NCBI GenBank assembly: GCA_963741955.1
Contig: CAVUKB010000004.1
Location: 608,001-672,000, forward strand
Direction of reading: 5' to 3'
DNA length: 64,000 bases
Source: an uncultured Acidobacteriota bacterium
GTDB taxonomy: Bacteria > Acidobacteriota > Thermoanaerobaculia > Gp7-AA8
In this document: in pieces, positions 1 to 13,991 of the stretch
Layout: every line of letters starts with the position of its first letter
Position numbering within the stretch: the stretch's first letter is position 1
The notes under the pieces: generated by a model
Databases searched by the model: none
What the model was told of the DNA's origin: nothing
Seen by the model: only the letters and a program-made list of their open reading frames with translations
Translations under genes and position numbers: made by a program

Positions 1-1
1 G

Positions 2-91
2 GCGTACGGTGACCGCTGTGCGGGGATCGAACGTGAATGGTGGGGAGAGAACGAGTGGGACGAGTTCGACGAGCACATCGGCGCGAGTTGA
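2..91 (+). CDS. 3' end of a gene entering the window (AYGDRCAGIEREWWGENEWDEFDEHIGAS*)
   Basis: Open frame from position 2 to TGA 89-91, abutting the convergent EAL gene; product unknown. Confidence 0.4.
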   Translation, partial: AYGDRCAGIEREWWGENEWDEFDEHIGAS

Positions 92-898
92 TCACGCTTC
101 GAGGTACTCACGCTCTCCTGCGGTTCGTCCGCGCTCCGAAGCGATGAACTGGCTGGCATCGGCAGGGCGCGAGAAGTGATACCCCTGACCGAATCGGATT
201 CCGAACTCCTGCGCCGCCTTCAGAGTGTGCTGGCTCTCGATCCCTTCCAGAACGACCTGACACTCGAATTCAGCGGCGAGTGAGACGATGTTGCGGATGA
301 TCTTGCGTTTGGTCGGATCGTCTTCGAAGCCGGTCCCGAAGTTCTGGCTGATCTTCAGAAACGAAGGCTGAATTCGGTCGATCAGAATGAGGTGCGAATG
401 CGCACTTCCAACATCGTCGAAGGCGAAGCGGACGCCGAGGGAGCGGAGTACGTGGACCGACTCGATCACCGTGGCGGTCGGTTCGATCGGAGCCTGTTCG
501 GTGAGCTCGATCACCAGCCTCGACATCGGGATGCCGTGAAGCTCGGAGTGAATGAGGAGCGTTTCGTTCAGCCGGTCGGCAGATCGCCCGAAGACGTCGG
601 GATGGACGTTGAGGAAAAGAAACTGGCTCTGCGCCAATGCGCGGCCGTGCTCCAGCGACCGCTCGATGCAGCGCAGGTCGAGATCGTCGAGGCGATTTTT
701 CCGGCTCGCGTAGTCGAACAGGAGGTCGGGCGAAGTGAAAGGGTGATTCGCGCGGACGCGTGCAAGTGATTCGAATCCGTAGAGCTCTTCCCGCTTCCCG
801 TCGATACGCACGATCGGCTGGAACATCGGAATCAGGTCGGGACCCGCGAGGATGTCATCGAGAGTTGGAACGTGGATGATCCGTGGCGTGCTCATCAT
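92..898 (-). CDS. Stand-alone EAL-domain protein (c-di-GMP phosphodiesterase family)
   Basis: FQPIV, ESLAR (EAL variant), FLNVHP, IELTE, AFDDVG, LKI, LEGIE and QGYHFSRP motifs. Confidence 0.9.
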   Translation of the reverse strand: MMSTPRIIHVPTLDDILAGPDLIPMFQPIVRIDGKREELYGFESLARVRANHPFTSPDLLFDYASRKNRLDDLDLRCIERSLEHGRALAQSQFLFLNVHPDVFGRSADRLNETLLIHSELHGIPMSRLVIELTEQAPIEPTATVIESVHVLRSLGVRFAFDDVGSAHSHLILIDRIQPSFLKISQNFGTGFEDDPTKRKIIRNIVSLAAEFECQVVLEGIESQHTLKAAQEFGIRFGQGYHFSRPADASQFIASERGRTAGEREYLEA

Positions 899-1272
899 GC
901 CGCGCGGCTCCCGCCCTGGAGCAGCCGTTCGAGATCGATTGAATCGAATGGCTTCTCGAGAAAAGCGGCTGCACCGCGCCGGGATGCTTCTTCCCGGAGC
1001 TCCTCACTGTGGACGCCGGTCATGAGAATCACCCTGCAACCAGGCTGTTCAGTGAGGGCATGCCCGACGAAGTCGAGTCCTTCGTGCCGGAACGGACCGG
1101 ACAGGCGAATGTCGCTGACGATGGACGAGAATTCGAGGTTCTCGACCAGAATCTCGGCGGATTCGATGTCGCTGCAAACGACGATGGTTCGCTCTCCGTC
1201 ATCGAGGTATGCGGCCAGCCCTTCCGCGATGGCGGTTTCGTCGTCGATCAACAAAATGGTTTCATGGCTCAT
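895..1272 (-). CDS. Single-domain response regulator (receiver)
   Basis: ILLIDDE...VSDIRL...ILMTG...FLEKPF; ATG at 1272; stop overlaps the EAL start (ATGA). Confidence 0.85.
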   Translation of the reverse strand: MSHETILLIDDETAIAEGLAAYLDDGERTIVVCSDIESAEILVENLEFSSIVSDIRLSGPFRHEGLDFVGHALTEQPGCRVILMTGVHSEELREEASRRGAAAFLEKPFDSIDLERLLQGGSRAA

Positions 1273-1370
1273 GGTGACCTTCTCATCCGTGAGTCGTTCC
1301 GCCTCGACCGAAAATACACTCTTTGCGGCGCCGCTCGGCATCGAATGTGTAATGAAAGGATTCGGGAGGC

Positions 1371-1616
1371 ATGATGAGCGATATTCCTTATCGGCCGATC
1401 TCGTGCGATGAACACGACCGGCTCGAAGCCGCGGCCGTCGAAAAGCGGGAAGTGGAGATCGAATTCGAGCAGAAAGGCGTACGGCAACGGGAGCGGGGCC
1501 GGATCGACGACATCTTTTCCACGGAGGGAGAAGAATTCCTCCGTTTCCGCGCGGACAATGGCACGGTGGAGATCCGGCTCGACCGGATTCGGGACGTCCG
1601 CGAGATCGGTGGGTAA
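1371..1616 (+). CDS. rof: Rho-binding antiterminator Rof/YaeO family
   Basis: YRPISCDEHDRLE...EFL...EIRLDRI matches the Rof pattern; GGAGG RBS upstream. Confidence 0.8.
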   Translation: MMSDIPYRPISCDEHDRLEAAAVEKREVEIEFEQKGVRQRERGRIDDIFSTEGEEFLRFRADNGTVEIRLDRIRDVREIGG

Positions 1617-1720
1617 TCCCGAATTCGCGCACTGAACTCTGGCGCAATGCGCAGAATGGACGGATAATCGGAAAGGCCCCGACCGAGGCGTGGGGGGGCC
1701 GGATGTGCGGAGCTCGATCG

Positions 1721-2470
1721 ATGCCGAAAACTCTCTTCTACGCAGGAGTCGTCTCTTGTGCCGTTTTTTCCTGGCTCGGACTTCGTGATGCGGCTGCCTG
1801 TCTGGTCCGCGTTCTTCGCGGGGAAGCGGTCCCCGGCACTCTTCCGGGGATTCCCGGCGGCCTGATTCTTCTTCTGGCTCTTCTGGTGATGATCACCGCA
1901 GTGTCGGCGCTCCTTCTTCGGATGGCCTCCCTTCTCGCAGCGAGGAATCTCTTTTCCTCGTTTTTTGCCGCATTCTCGATTGCCGGCGCTGCGCTTCTTT
2001 CGGTGTTCACGACGGCACTCGGATATCGTGTCGCGACGCTCGCATCGTCAGCCGTGCCCACCCCCGACATCTCCGCCATCCGGCAGATTCACGCGGCGGC
2101 CGCATGGGGCACCGCGTTTTTCGTCAGTCTGATGATTCTGTCGCTGCGGCCGTATTTCCGGATTCACGCCAGGCTGCTCACGTCGATCTCTCTACTCCCG
2201 GCCTCTTTCTTCGTCCTGGCTCTGGCCCAGGAGATCGCCCTTCCGCAGTCGGTCGGAGTATTCGGTCTCCGGAGCTGGTCGGCGGCGCTCTTCCTCGTCT
2301 CCATCTCGCTCTTCCTCCTGTCGATTGCGGTTCACTGCACGTTTCATCGGCACATGTATGTCGAAGTGACGAACCTGCGGCTTCTGCTCGAATCGCGATT
2401 CGATGCTTCGAGCGGAAAGCGGGACCGGTTTTCGTTCGGCAACGGCGGCATCGCGTACAACAGCCACTGA
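1721..2470 (+). CDS. Hypothetical polytopic membrane protein
   Basis: About 6 hydrophobic segments; no family recognised; start uncertain (1703 or 1721). Confidence 0.55.
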   Translation: MPKTLFYAGVVSCAVFSWLGLRDAAACLVRVLRGEAVPGTLPGIPGGLILLLALLVMITAVSALLLRMASLLAARNLFSSFFAAFSIAGAALLSVFTTALGYRVATLASSAVPTPDISAIRQIHAAAAWGTAFFVSLMILSLRPYFRIHARLLTSISLLPASFFVLALAQEIALPQSVGVFGLRSWSAALFLVSISLFLLSIAVHCTFHRHMYVEVTNLRLLLESRFDASSGKRDRFSFGNGGIAYNSH

Positions 2471-2541
2471 CAGCGTCGTTCGACGTGGCCCCCCGTGCGC
2501 TCGCGGATCTGCCCGCGACGCGGTGATTCGGGAGAGACCTA

Positions 2542-2702
2542 GGAGTCTGCGCGGTAGAAACGTTCGTAGCGAGAAAGCGGAGCAGCGAGGCCAAATTCGT
2601 TCGGATTTGAGGTGCGTAGCGGTGGCTACTCGCCGAAAATCCGGGCGGATTTGGACCGCTGATCCGCTTTCGCAGTAGGACAGTTTCTATCGCGCAGAGT
2701 CC
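2542..2702. mobile_element. MITE family A, copy 1 (161 bp)
   Basis: 20-bp TIR GGAGTCTGCGCGGTAGAAAC / GTTTCTATCGCGCAGAGTCC; palindromic interior; near-identical inverted copy at 57635-57795. Confidence 0.85.
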
Positions 2703-2827
2703 TGGCGCGATCTCCGCCGGTCAACAGCACAATTCTTGCACTTCGGGTCGACGTACTGATCCGTGGATCGGAACGACGGATGTGCGTCTCTGTCGCGACG
2801 AACATCGGATCTTCGGAAGGCCGACGG

Positions 2828-5800
2828 ATGAAGAGACTGAGGGAAAGGGGCACAGCGATCCGCTATGCGATCGCGGTTGGTGCCGTGGCGGTCGCTGCCG
2901 TGGTGACCTGGGCCTTGTCGCCGTCATTCAGTGTCGCTCTCTTCCCCTTCTTCTTTCTCGCCGTGGTGATCGGATCGACGTTCGGAGGCATCGGCCCCGG
3001 ACTCCTCTCGACTGCATTGAGTGCGGCGGCGCTCGAATTTCTCTTCATCGCCCCCGGGGGAGTCGGATGGAGCTCTCGAGAGAGCCTGATCCGGATCTCG
3101 GTATTTCTGGTAATTGCGCTGGTGGTCAACTGGATCTCTGAGGCGGCAGATCGAGCCCGAGGTCTGGCCGTGCTCCGTGGAAGGGAGCTCGAGATCACCC
3201 TCGCGAGCATCGGCGACGCCGTAATTGCGAGCGATTCCTCGGGGCGGATCACGTTCATCAACCGCGCTGCTGAACGGCTGACGGGATGGAGCGACGGAGA
3301 GATTCACGGCCGCGACTGCGACGCCGAGCTTCCGCTGATCAGCGAGGAGACGCGAGAGAAGCTCGAATCCCCGGTCGCTCGCGTCATCAGCGAAAGTGTG
3401 ACCACCGGTTTCGCCAACCGTACTCTTCTCATCGCGCGGGATGGAACGGAGATCCCGGTCGCAGGGAGCGCGGCTCCGATCGTCGATTCCGGAGGGCGGA
3501 TCCTGGGCGCGGTGCTCGTCATCTCGGATGCGCGCGAAGAGCGAAAGGCGCGAAGGCGGGAGAGAGTTCAGTCTGCCGTCTCGCGCCTCCTCGCCGAGTC
3601 CCGGCCTCTCGAGGAGAGCAGCGAAGAGCTGCTGCGCGTGATCTGTGAGGAGATCGGCTGGATCGCGGGTGAGTTCGGGGTGGAGGACCAGGGGACGATT
3701 CGGATCCTGGAATTCTCTTCGCGCAGCCCCGACCTCACTGCGGCGTTCGAGGACATCGCGCGAAAATGGCGATTCAAGCCCGGGGAAGGAGTGACGGGCC
3801 GGGTTCTGGAAACGCGGAGCGCGGTCTGGGTCCCGGACGTTCAGGCCGACTCCGGCTTTCCGCGGGCGCTCTCCGCGAACCAGGCGGGGATTCACGGCGG
3901 ATTCGGCGTGCCGATCCTCTTCGACGACCGGATTCTGGGATCGCTCTCTTTCTACTCTGATCGACTCGAGGAGAGAGACGATCAGCTCCTCGCAGTGATG
4001 CAGTCGCTGGGAGCACAGATCGGACAGTTCATACAGCGACGGCGAGCCGAGGCTGCGCTGCGAGACAGCGAAGAGCTTCACCGGCTGATTACCGGCGCCG
4101 CGTCGGACGCGATCCTGACCATCGATCAATCGGGTTGCATCGTCTTCGCGAATCCTGCCGCAGGATCGCTCTTCGGATACGCGCCTGATGAGCTGGTGGG
4201 AAGGGACCTGAACGTCCTCGTTCCCGAGGAGTACCGGAGCCGCGACACGACGGGGCTGCAGCGTTACATCGAGACCGGTGAGAAGCGGATGTCATGGGAA
4301 CGGATCCGGTTCCCGGGACTCCGTCGCGACGGAACACGGATGGAGATGGAAATCTCTCTCGGCGAGCTCGATCGCGGAGGAATGCGGTTCTTCACGGCGG
4401 TCGCGCGCGACGTCACCGAGCGGGAGCGGTTCATCGCGGAGCGGGAACGGTTGACGCGGCAGTTCGAGCTCCTGATGGATTCGACCAGCGAGGGGATCTA
4501 CGGGACGGATCTGGATGGTCGCTGCACGTTCATCAACTCTGCGGGGGCGAGAATGCTCGGATACCCGCCGGAGGAGCTGATCGGCCGGAACATGCACGAG
4601 CTGGTGCACCACACCCGCAAGGACGGTCGGGCCTATCCCGAGTCAGAGTGTCCGCTCACCCGCGCACTCAGCTCGCGCGAGCCTGACCGCGCGGATCACG
4701 AAGTCCTCTGGAAGAAGGACGGCACCTGGTTCTATGTCCAGTACACGGCGAACCCGATCGTCGAGAACGATCGACTCCGCGGAGCCGTAGTCACGTTTCT
4801 GGACAACACCGAGCAGAGGCTGTACGAGCAGGAGCTCAGGAATCGTGAGACCCAGCAGAGCGTGATCGCACATCTGGGGACCCGAGCGGTGACGGGGATC
4901 GACGTCGACACGCTGATGCAGGAATCGGTGAAGAAGATCGCAGAGACCTTCGACGTCGGATTTGCGAAGATCCTCGAGCTTCTCGCCGACGGCAGGTTCC
5001 TGGTGAAGGCGGGAGTGGGATGGAAGCCCGGGCTGGTGGGGAATCTCGTCGTGCCGGCCGGCGAGCGATCCCAGGCGGGTTACGCGGTACTGACGAAGGC
5101 GCCGGTGATCGTGGAGAACCTCGAGGACGAAAAGCGGTTCGAGGATCCGACCATGCTCGAGGAGCACGGCGTGGTCAGTGGTCTGAGCGTCGTGATCGAA
5201 GGAGAGGAAGGTCCGTACGGAGTCCTGAGCGTCCACTCGCGGGAGCCGCGCAGGTTCAGCGAAGACGACATCAGCTTTCTGCAATCCGTGGCGAACATCG
5301 TCGGGGAAGCGACGGAACGGAAACGTCGCGAGCTTCTGGTGATCGAACAGAGACGATGGCTGGAGGCGACTCTTTCGGGCATCGGGGACGCGGTGGTCGC
5401 GACCGACGCAGCAGGAGTGATCGTCTTCATCAATCCGATCGCCGAGCGGCTCTCCGGCTGGTCGAGGCTCTACGCTGTCGGACAGCGCCTGCGGCGGGTG
5501 TTCGATGTCCGGGAGGAATCGGACGGAAAAGCGGTCGGCGATCTGATCGAAATGGTGAAGCAGAAGGGAGAGCCTTTTCGATATCGGGGCGATCTCGTCC
5601 TTCGGTCAGTCGACGGTCAGGCCACGCCGGTCGACGTGAGCGGATCACCACTGCGCGATCCGACCGGGACAATCGTCGGAATCGTGATGGTGTTCCGCGA
5701 CATTGCCGAGCGGCGACGGAACGAACGGGAGAAGACCGCCTTGACTCTGCAGATCGAAGCCGAGCGCGAACGGCTGGTCAACATCGTCGCCAACGTGCCG

Positions 5801-7891
5801 GGAGTGGTCTGGGAGGCGTGGGGCGCACCGGATCGTGCCACACAGAAGATCAACTTCGTGAGCAACTACGTGGAGTCGATGCTCGGTTACTCGGTCGACG
5901 AATGGCTCTCCACCGAGAATTTCTGGTTGAAGATCGTCCATCCCGAGGATCGGGAACGTGCGGCGGCGGAAGCGGCAGCCAAATTCCGCAGCGGCCGGGG
6001 CGGGACCAGCGAGTTTCGCTGGATGACGAAAGACGGCCGGGCCATCTGGGTGGAAGCGACTTCGGTCCCCATCCCGGACGAAAAGGGGAATTCGATCGGA
6101 CTGCGGGGCGTCACTCTCGACGTCACCGCCAGAAAGGAAGCAGAGCAGGAACGTCTGCGGCTGCTGGAAAACGAACGGAAGGCGCGGGAACAGGCCGAAG
6201 TCGAACGGGCACGTTCCGCATTTCTGGCCGAAGTCAGTACGGAGCTTGCGGGATCTCTCGATTACCGGGTGACGCTCGGTAAGACTGCGCGGCTCACGGT
6301 TCCCCGGATCGCCGACTGGTGCGCGATCGACGTGCTGGATGACGATGGTCTTCCCCAGAGGCTCGCGCTCGAGCATACCGATCCGGAGAAACTCGCTCTG
6401 GTTCGTGAGATCGAGCAGCGCTACCCGCCGGCTCCCGGCGCGGAAACGGGCGTACCCGGCGTGCTTCGCTCCGGGAGATCGGAGGTCTATCCGGCGATCG
6501 ATGACGCGATGCTGAAAGAGGCGGCGCGTGATGAAAAACACCTGGAGCTCCTTCGCGCACTGGGATTCCGCTCTGCCATGATCGTTCCCCTGATCGCTCG
6601 CGACCGGACCCTCGGCGCGATCACGCTCGTGACGGCCGAGTCCGACCGTCATTACGGACGCGACGATCTCTCATTGGCGGAGGAGATGGCCCGCCGGGCC
6701 GCGCTCGCCGTCGACAATGCGCGCCTCTATGCGGTCACGCAGCAGGCGAACCGGGCGAAGGACGAGTTCCTCGCCACTCTCTCCCACGAGTTGCGGACAC
6801 CGATGACCTCCATTCTCGGTTGGGCGAGGATGATGAACATGGGAGAGCTCGACGAGGAGACGCAGATGCTTGCGCTGGAGACGATCGAGAGAAGTGCATC
6901 GGCGCAGGCCCAGATGATCGAGGATCTTCTCGACGTATCCCGGATCGTGCGTGGCCGGCTTCACCTCGAAATGAAACCGGTCCGGCTGGATAGAGTGATC
7001 GCGTCGGCAATCGAGACAGTGAAGCCGGCTGCGGAGGCCAAGGATGTGACCCTGAGGACGGAGCTCGATGAGGAGGCGGGAGATGTGATCGGTGATGACG
7101 GCCGGCTGCATCAGGTGATCTGGAACCTCCTCTCCAACGCGATCAAATTCGCCCCGAAGGGAGGATGGATCGAAACGCGGCTCGAGCGGGTGGAGTCGGT
7201 TGCCCGCGTCTCGGTCTCCGACAATGGTGTCGGGATCCCGCAGCAGTTCCTTCCGTACGTATTTGAGCGCTTCCGCCAGGCGGAAAGCTCGACCACGCGG
7301 AGCTATGGCGGGCTCGGGCTCGGGTTGGCGATCGTACGGCATCTGGTGGAACTGCACGGCGGGACCGTCTCGGCCTCGAGTGAGGGCGAAGGGAAAGGCG
7401 CGACATTCACCATCGAGCTGCCGATCATGGCCGTTCAGTTGGCAGAGGCGCTCGCGGGCGGTGAGGGGACGGCGGAGCATGAGCCGGAGAGCGAACCGGG
7501 AGTCGAGATGCCGGAGCTCGATTCGATGCGGGTCCTGGTGGTCGATGATGAGCCGGACGCGCGGAAGCTCATCTCGACCGTCCTCGAGCGGGGAGGAGCG
7601 GATGTGCGGAGCGCACCGTCGGCCGCCGAAGGGCTGGAGGCGTTCCGTCGATGGCGGCCCGATGTGCTGGTCAGTGACATCGCGATGCCGGGGGAGGACG
7701 GTTTCGCGCTGCTGAAGGGGATCCGCGAGAACGGAGGAGAGACCATTCCGGCGATCGCCCTGACGGCGTACGGACGCCCCGACGATGAACGCCGTATCCT
7801 CGAGGCGGGTTTCGACACGTACCTGCGGAAGCCGGTCGAGCCGACGAGACTCGCCTGGGCCGTCGCGAGGTTCCGGAAAGCGGTCAGGTGA
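2828..7891 (+). CDS. Hybrid sensor histidine kinase (DUF4118-like membrane domain, multiple PAS and GAF, HisKA, HATPase, REC)
   Basis: FLATLSHELRTPM H-box, NLLSNAIKF N-box, GGLGLGL G-box, C-terminal VVDDE...SDIAMP receiver. Confidence 0.95.
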   Translation: MKRLRERGTAIRYAIAVGAVAVAAVVTWALSPSFSVALFPFFFLAVVIGSTFGGIGPGLLSTALSAAALEFLFIAPGGVGWSSRESLIRISVFLVIALVVNWISEAADRARGLAVLRGRELEITLASIGDAVIASDSSGRITFINRAAERLTGWSDGEIHGRDCDAELPLISEETREKLESPVARVISESVTTGFANRTLLIARDGTEIPVAGSAAPIVDSGGRILGAVLVISDAREERKARRRERVQSAVSRLLAESRPLEESSEELLRVICEEIGWIAGEFGVEDQGTIRILEFSSRSPDLTAAFEDIARKWRFKPGEGVTGRVLETRSAVWVPDVQADSGFPRALSANQAGIHGGFGVPILFDDRILGSLSFYSDRLEERDDQLLAVMQSLGAQIGQFIQRRRAEAALRDSEELHRLITGAASDAILTIDQSGCIVFANPAAGSLFGYAPDELVGRDLNVLVPEEYRSRDTTGLQRYIETGEKRMSWERIRFPGLRRDGTRMEMEISLGELDRGGMRFFTAVARDVTERERFIAERERLTRQFELLMDSTSEGIYGTDLDGRCTFINSAGARMLGYPPEELIGRNMHELVHHTRKDGRAYPESECPLTRALSSREPDRADHEVLWKKDGTWFYVQYTANPIVENDRLRGAVVTFLDNTEQRLYEQELRNRETQQSVIAHLGTRAVTGIDVDTLMQESVKKIAETFDVGFAKILELLADGRFLVKAGVGWKPGLVGNLVVPAGERSQAGYAVLTKAPVIVENLEDEKRFEDPTMLEEHGVVSGLSVVIEGEEGPYGVLSVHSREPRRFSEDDISFLQSVANIVGEATERKRRELLVIEQRRWLEATLSGIGDAVVATDAAGVIVFINPIAERLSGWSRLYAVGQRLRRVFDVREESDGKAVGDLIEMVKQKGEPFRYRGDLVLRSVDGQATPVDVSGSPLRDPTGTIVGIVMVFRDIAERRRNEREKTALTLQIEAERERLVNIVANVPGVVWEAWGAPDRATQKINFVSNYVESMLGYSVDEWLSTENFWLKIVHPEDRERAAAEAAAKFRSGRGGTSEFRWMTKDGRAIWVEATSVPIPDEKGNSIGLRGVTLDVTARKEAEQERLRLLENERKAREQAEVERARSAFLAEVSTELAGSLDYRVTLGKTARLTVPRIADWCAIDVLDDDGLPQRLALEHTDPEKLALVREIEQRYPPAPGAETGVPGVLRSGRSEVYPAIDDAMLKEAARDEKHLELLRALGFRSAMIVPLIARDRTLGAITLVTAESDRHYGRDDLSLAEEMARRAALAVDNARLYAVTQQANRAKDEFLATLSHELRTPMTSILGWARMMNMGELDEETQMLALETIERSASAQAQMIEDLLDVSRIVRGRLHLEMKPVRLDRVIASAIETVKPAAEAKDVTLRTELDEEAGDVIGDDGRLHQVIWNLLSNAIKFAPKGGWIETRLERVESVARVSVSDNGVGIPQQFLPYVFERFRQAESSTTRSYGGLGLGLAIVRHLVELHGGTVSASSEGEGKGATFTIELPIMAVQLAEALAGGEGTAEHEPESEPGVEMPELDSMRVLVVDDEPDARKLISTVLERGGADVRSAPSAAEGLEAFRRWRPDVLVSDIAMPGEDGFALLKGIRENGGETIPAIALTAYGRPDDERRILEAGFDTYLRKPVEPTRLAWAVARFRKAVR

Positions 7892-7913
7892 GGGCGCTGG
7901 CCCCGCCGCCGCC

Positions 7914-8058
7914 AGGAGTGGGGTCAGGCCGGTTTTCCAGGAGTGGGGTCAGGCCGGTTTTCGGTTCTGGGTCCGGGAGTGGGGTCGGTCCGGGAGTGGG
8001 GTCAGGCCGGTTTTCGGTTCTGGGTCGGTCCGGGAGTGGGGTCAGGCCGGTCTTCCGA
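7914..8058 (+). repeat. Array 1 of the GGGGTCAGGCC motif (4 full copies, 1 partial)
   Basis: Copies at 7920, 7945, 7998 and 8038, partial at 7981; G/T-rich linkers. Confidence 0.9.
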
Positions 8059-8220
8059 ATCCCGCTTTTCGCGATCCACCTTCGACCGCCGGAGTCGCCC
8101 ATCCTCCTCCTCGAGCGGTGGCGGTTCGACTTCGCGGACTCCGCAGTGAGGAGAGTATTTCTGGCCCCTTCCCCTCTCGAAAGATGTTGCCCCACGACCT
8201 GCCGGAAGCCTCTCCGGGGA

Positions 8221-8229
8221 TGCTAGAAT
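8221..8229 (+). promoter_or_regulatory. Putative extended -10 (TGCTAGAAT) for dnaE
   Basis: TGn-TAGAAT about 65 bp upstream of the ATG. Confidence 0.5.
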
Positions 8230-8293
8230 CGCCTCCAAGCTCCGGTTGTTGAACCCAGAGACGCGTCTCGCCTCGACTGGATCCCGAAAAGCC

Positions 8294-12076
<3,783 letters not shown>

Positions 12077-12097
12077 GCCGCGCACCTCGCTTTGACC

Positions 12098-12306
12098 GGG
12101 GTCAGGCCCGTTTTCCGCGCTTCGCGTGTGGGGTCAGGCCCGTTTTCGCCTCCAGGACCATGACTCCGCCTCGATTGTTTCCGGCTCGATGTTGTTGCCG
12201 TGTTGGGTCAGTTGCTGGGTGGGGGTCAGGCCCGTCTTTCGCGTTGAGTTGCTGGGTGGGGGTCAGGCCCGTCTTTCGCGTTGGAGCGGGGTCAGGCCCG
12301 CCTTCC
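12098..12306 (+). repeat. Array 2 of the GGGGTCAGGCCCG motif (5 full copies)
   Basis: Copies at 12098, 12130, 12222, 12259 and 12288 with variable spacers. Confidence 0.9.
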
Positions 12307-12612
12307 ACGGTAGAAGGGGCCCGGGGCGATCTTTCTGCTTCGAGGGCTTTCTGCAGCGTGTCCGGGGTGCGTCTGGTCGAATTCGGGGCTCGGCGTCGAG
12401 TACGTCAGTGTTCGCTGGAAGTCACCTCTCTGTTCTCCCCGAGATCGCCGGAGCAGAGCCTGTCCGGACCGCCCGCAGGCCTCGAGACCCTTGTTGGGAG
12501 GTTTCGTACACTCACGGAGATGAGAGAGAAGTACCGGAGGCGCGGTTCCGATCGAGGCCCCGTACGCATCCGAGGGATCCCTCGGATCCGTGACGGGTCG
12601 ATGCTCCAGCCA

Positions 12613-12654
12613 GGATCGCGCTCCGCAGCAGAAGTCACGTGAATCGTCCGGGCT
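12613..12654. repeat. Right-end fragment of MITE family B
   Basis: GATCGCGCTCCGCAGCAGAAGTCACGTGAA...CCGGGCT matches 29992-30032. Confidence 0.65.
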
Positions 12655-12710
12655 CAGGAGCGTCGCAAAAACGCTTTTCTCAACGCGGACTCCGAGGTAC
12701 GCTCGTATTC

Positions 12711-13766
12711 ATGAGTAGACCTTTGAGGCTCGATTTCGAGCATGCGGTTCATCACGTTACCAACAGAGGAAATGACCAGAGAGATATCTTTCGGGATGAC
12801 GGAGATCGGATCAGGTTTCTGGATCTCTTCGCGGAGACGGTCATACGGTACAAGTGGATCGTCTATTCGTGGACGTTGATGGACAACCATTTCCATCTCG
12901 TCGTCGAGACGGTCGAACCGACCCTGTCACGTGGAATGCACTGGCTGTTGACGGAGTATGTGAAGTACTTCAACAGGAAGTACAAACGGCACGGCCACCT
13001 GTTTCAGGGACGCTTTCATAGTGTACTGGTCGATTCTGAAGCATACCTGAAGAACCTCACTCGGTACGTGGCGACGAACGCCGTGCGTGCAGGACTCGCG
13101 AGAAGTATCGAGCAGTGGGAATGGAGCAGTTTCTTCAGCACGGCGGGCATGCCTACGCGAGCGCCGGCTGTTCTGTCCAACGGAACGGCGAAGATTCTGG
13201 CCCAGTTTCACGCCACCGATATGGACGAAGCGCGGAGGCTCTACCTCGAATTCATGCGGGTTGCGGTCGATCAGATCGAAGACCCCTGGAAGAACCTGCG
13301 AAACCGCATTTACCTCGGAGACGAGGAATGGATCGAGCAGATCCAGAGAAAGATCGACGAGAAGCCTCGCAGTAGCGATCACGCCAAGGCGGAGCGTCAT
13401 CTGTTCCGGCCGACGATGAAGCAGGTGGTGGAAGCAGTCGCGCAGACGTTCCGAACGGGTCCGGACGCGGTTCGAAGAGGCCATGGTGGTCGCGCGAGGA
13501 TGCTCGTGGCTCATCTCGCTGTCTATGAAGGGGTGCACCTGAGAAGGACGATCGCCACGACTCTCCGACTGAAGAGTGCCTCGAGAGTATCAGCTTTACT
13601 TCGCGAATGTAGAGAGGCGATTCGGAGCGACGACGAGTTCCGCGCGGTCGTGAAGCAGGCGAGGGAGTTGCTGGATCACCGTCCACCCGCGGGTGCGTAC
13701 CAACTTCAGCGGCCAGTCAGGGATTTGACGAGAGAATCGACGGACTCCGCCTTCACTCGAACGTGA
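12711..13766 (+). CDS. REP-associated tyrosine transposase-like protein (Y1 HUH, IS200/RAYT family) with C-terminal helical extension
   Basis: MSRPLR...HHVTNRGN...IF...LMDNHFHL (HUH)...HLFQGRF...YVATNAVRAG...WSS; about 150-aa tail resembling DnaA-C/HTH. Confidence 0.9.
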   Translation: MSRPLRLDFEHAVHHVTNRGNDQRDIFRDDGDRIRFLDLFAETVIRYKWIVYSWTLMDNHFHLVVETVEPTLSRGMHWLLTEYVKYFNRKYKRHGHLFQGRFHSVLVDSEAYLKNLTRYVATNAVRAGLARSIEQWEWSSFFSTAGMPTRAPAVLSNGTAKILAQFHATDMDEARRLYLEFMRVAVDQIEDPWKNLRNRIYLGDEEWIEQIQRKIDEKPRSSDHAKAERHLFRPTMKQVVEAVAQTFRTGPDAVRRGHGGRARMLVAHLAVYEGVHLRRTIATTLRLKSASRVSALLRECREAIRSDDEFRAVVKQARELLDHRPPAGAYQLQRPVRDLTRESTDSAFTRT

Positions 13767-13991
13767 CTTCGTGCTCGGCTTCTTTTCCGGCGCAGGAAGG
13801 AGAAGTCGGTCTCTTGAAGTTAGGACTATCTCCTCATCGACGTTCATCCGAGACGAGAGATATCCGGATCGTCGATGGTTGCGTATGACGCGCTCTCAGG
13901 CGAAATCGACGGTCGGAATGTTGAGAGAACATGTCGACCTCCAAATCAGACTCACGAGGTGCGCTCTTCTCGAACATGGCCCGACGAAGAG

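Noticed and set aside
12098-12306. CRISPR array interpretation of the GGGGTCAGGCCCG repeats
   Set aside because: Repeat is too short, spacers are irregular and partly duplicated, and there are no cas genes
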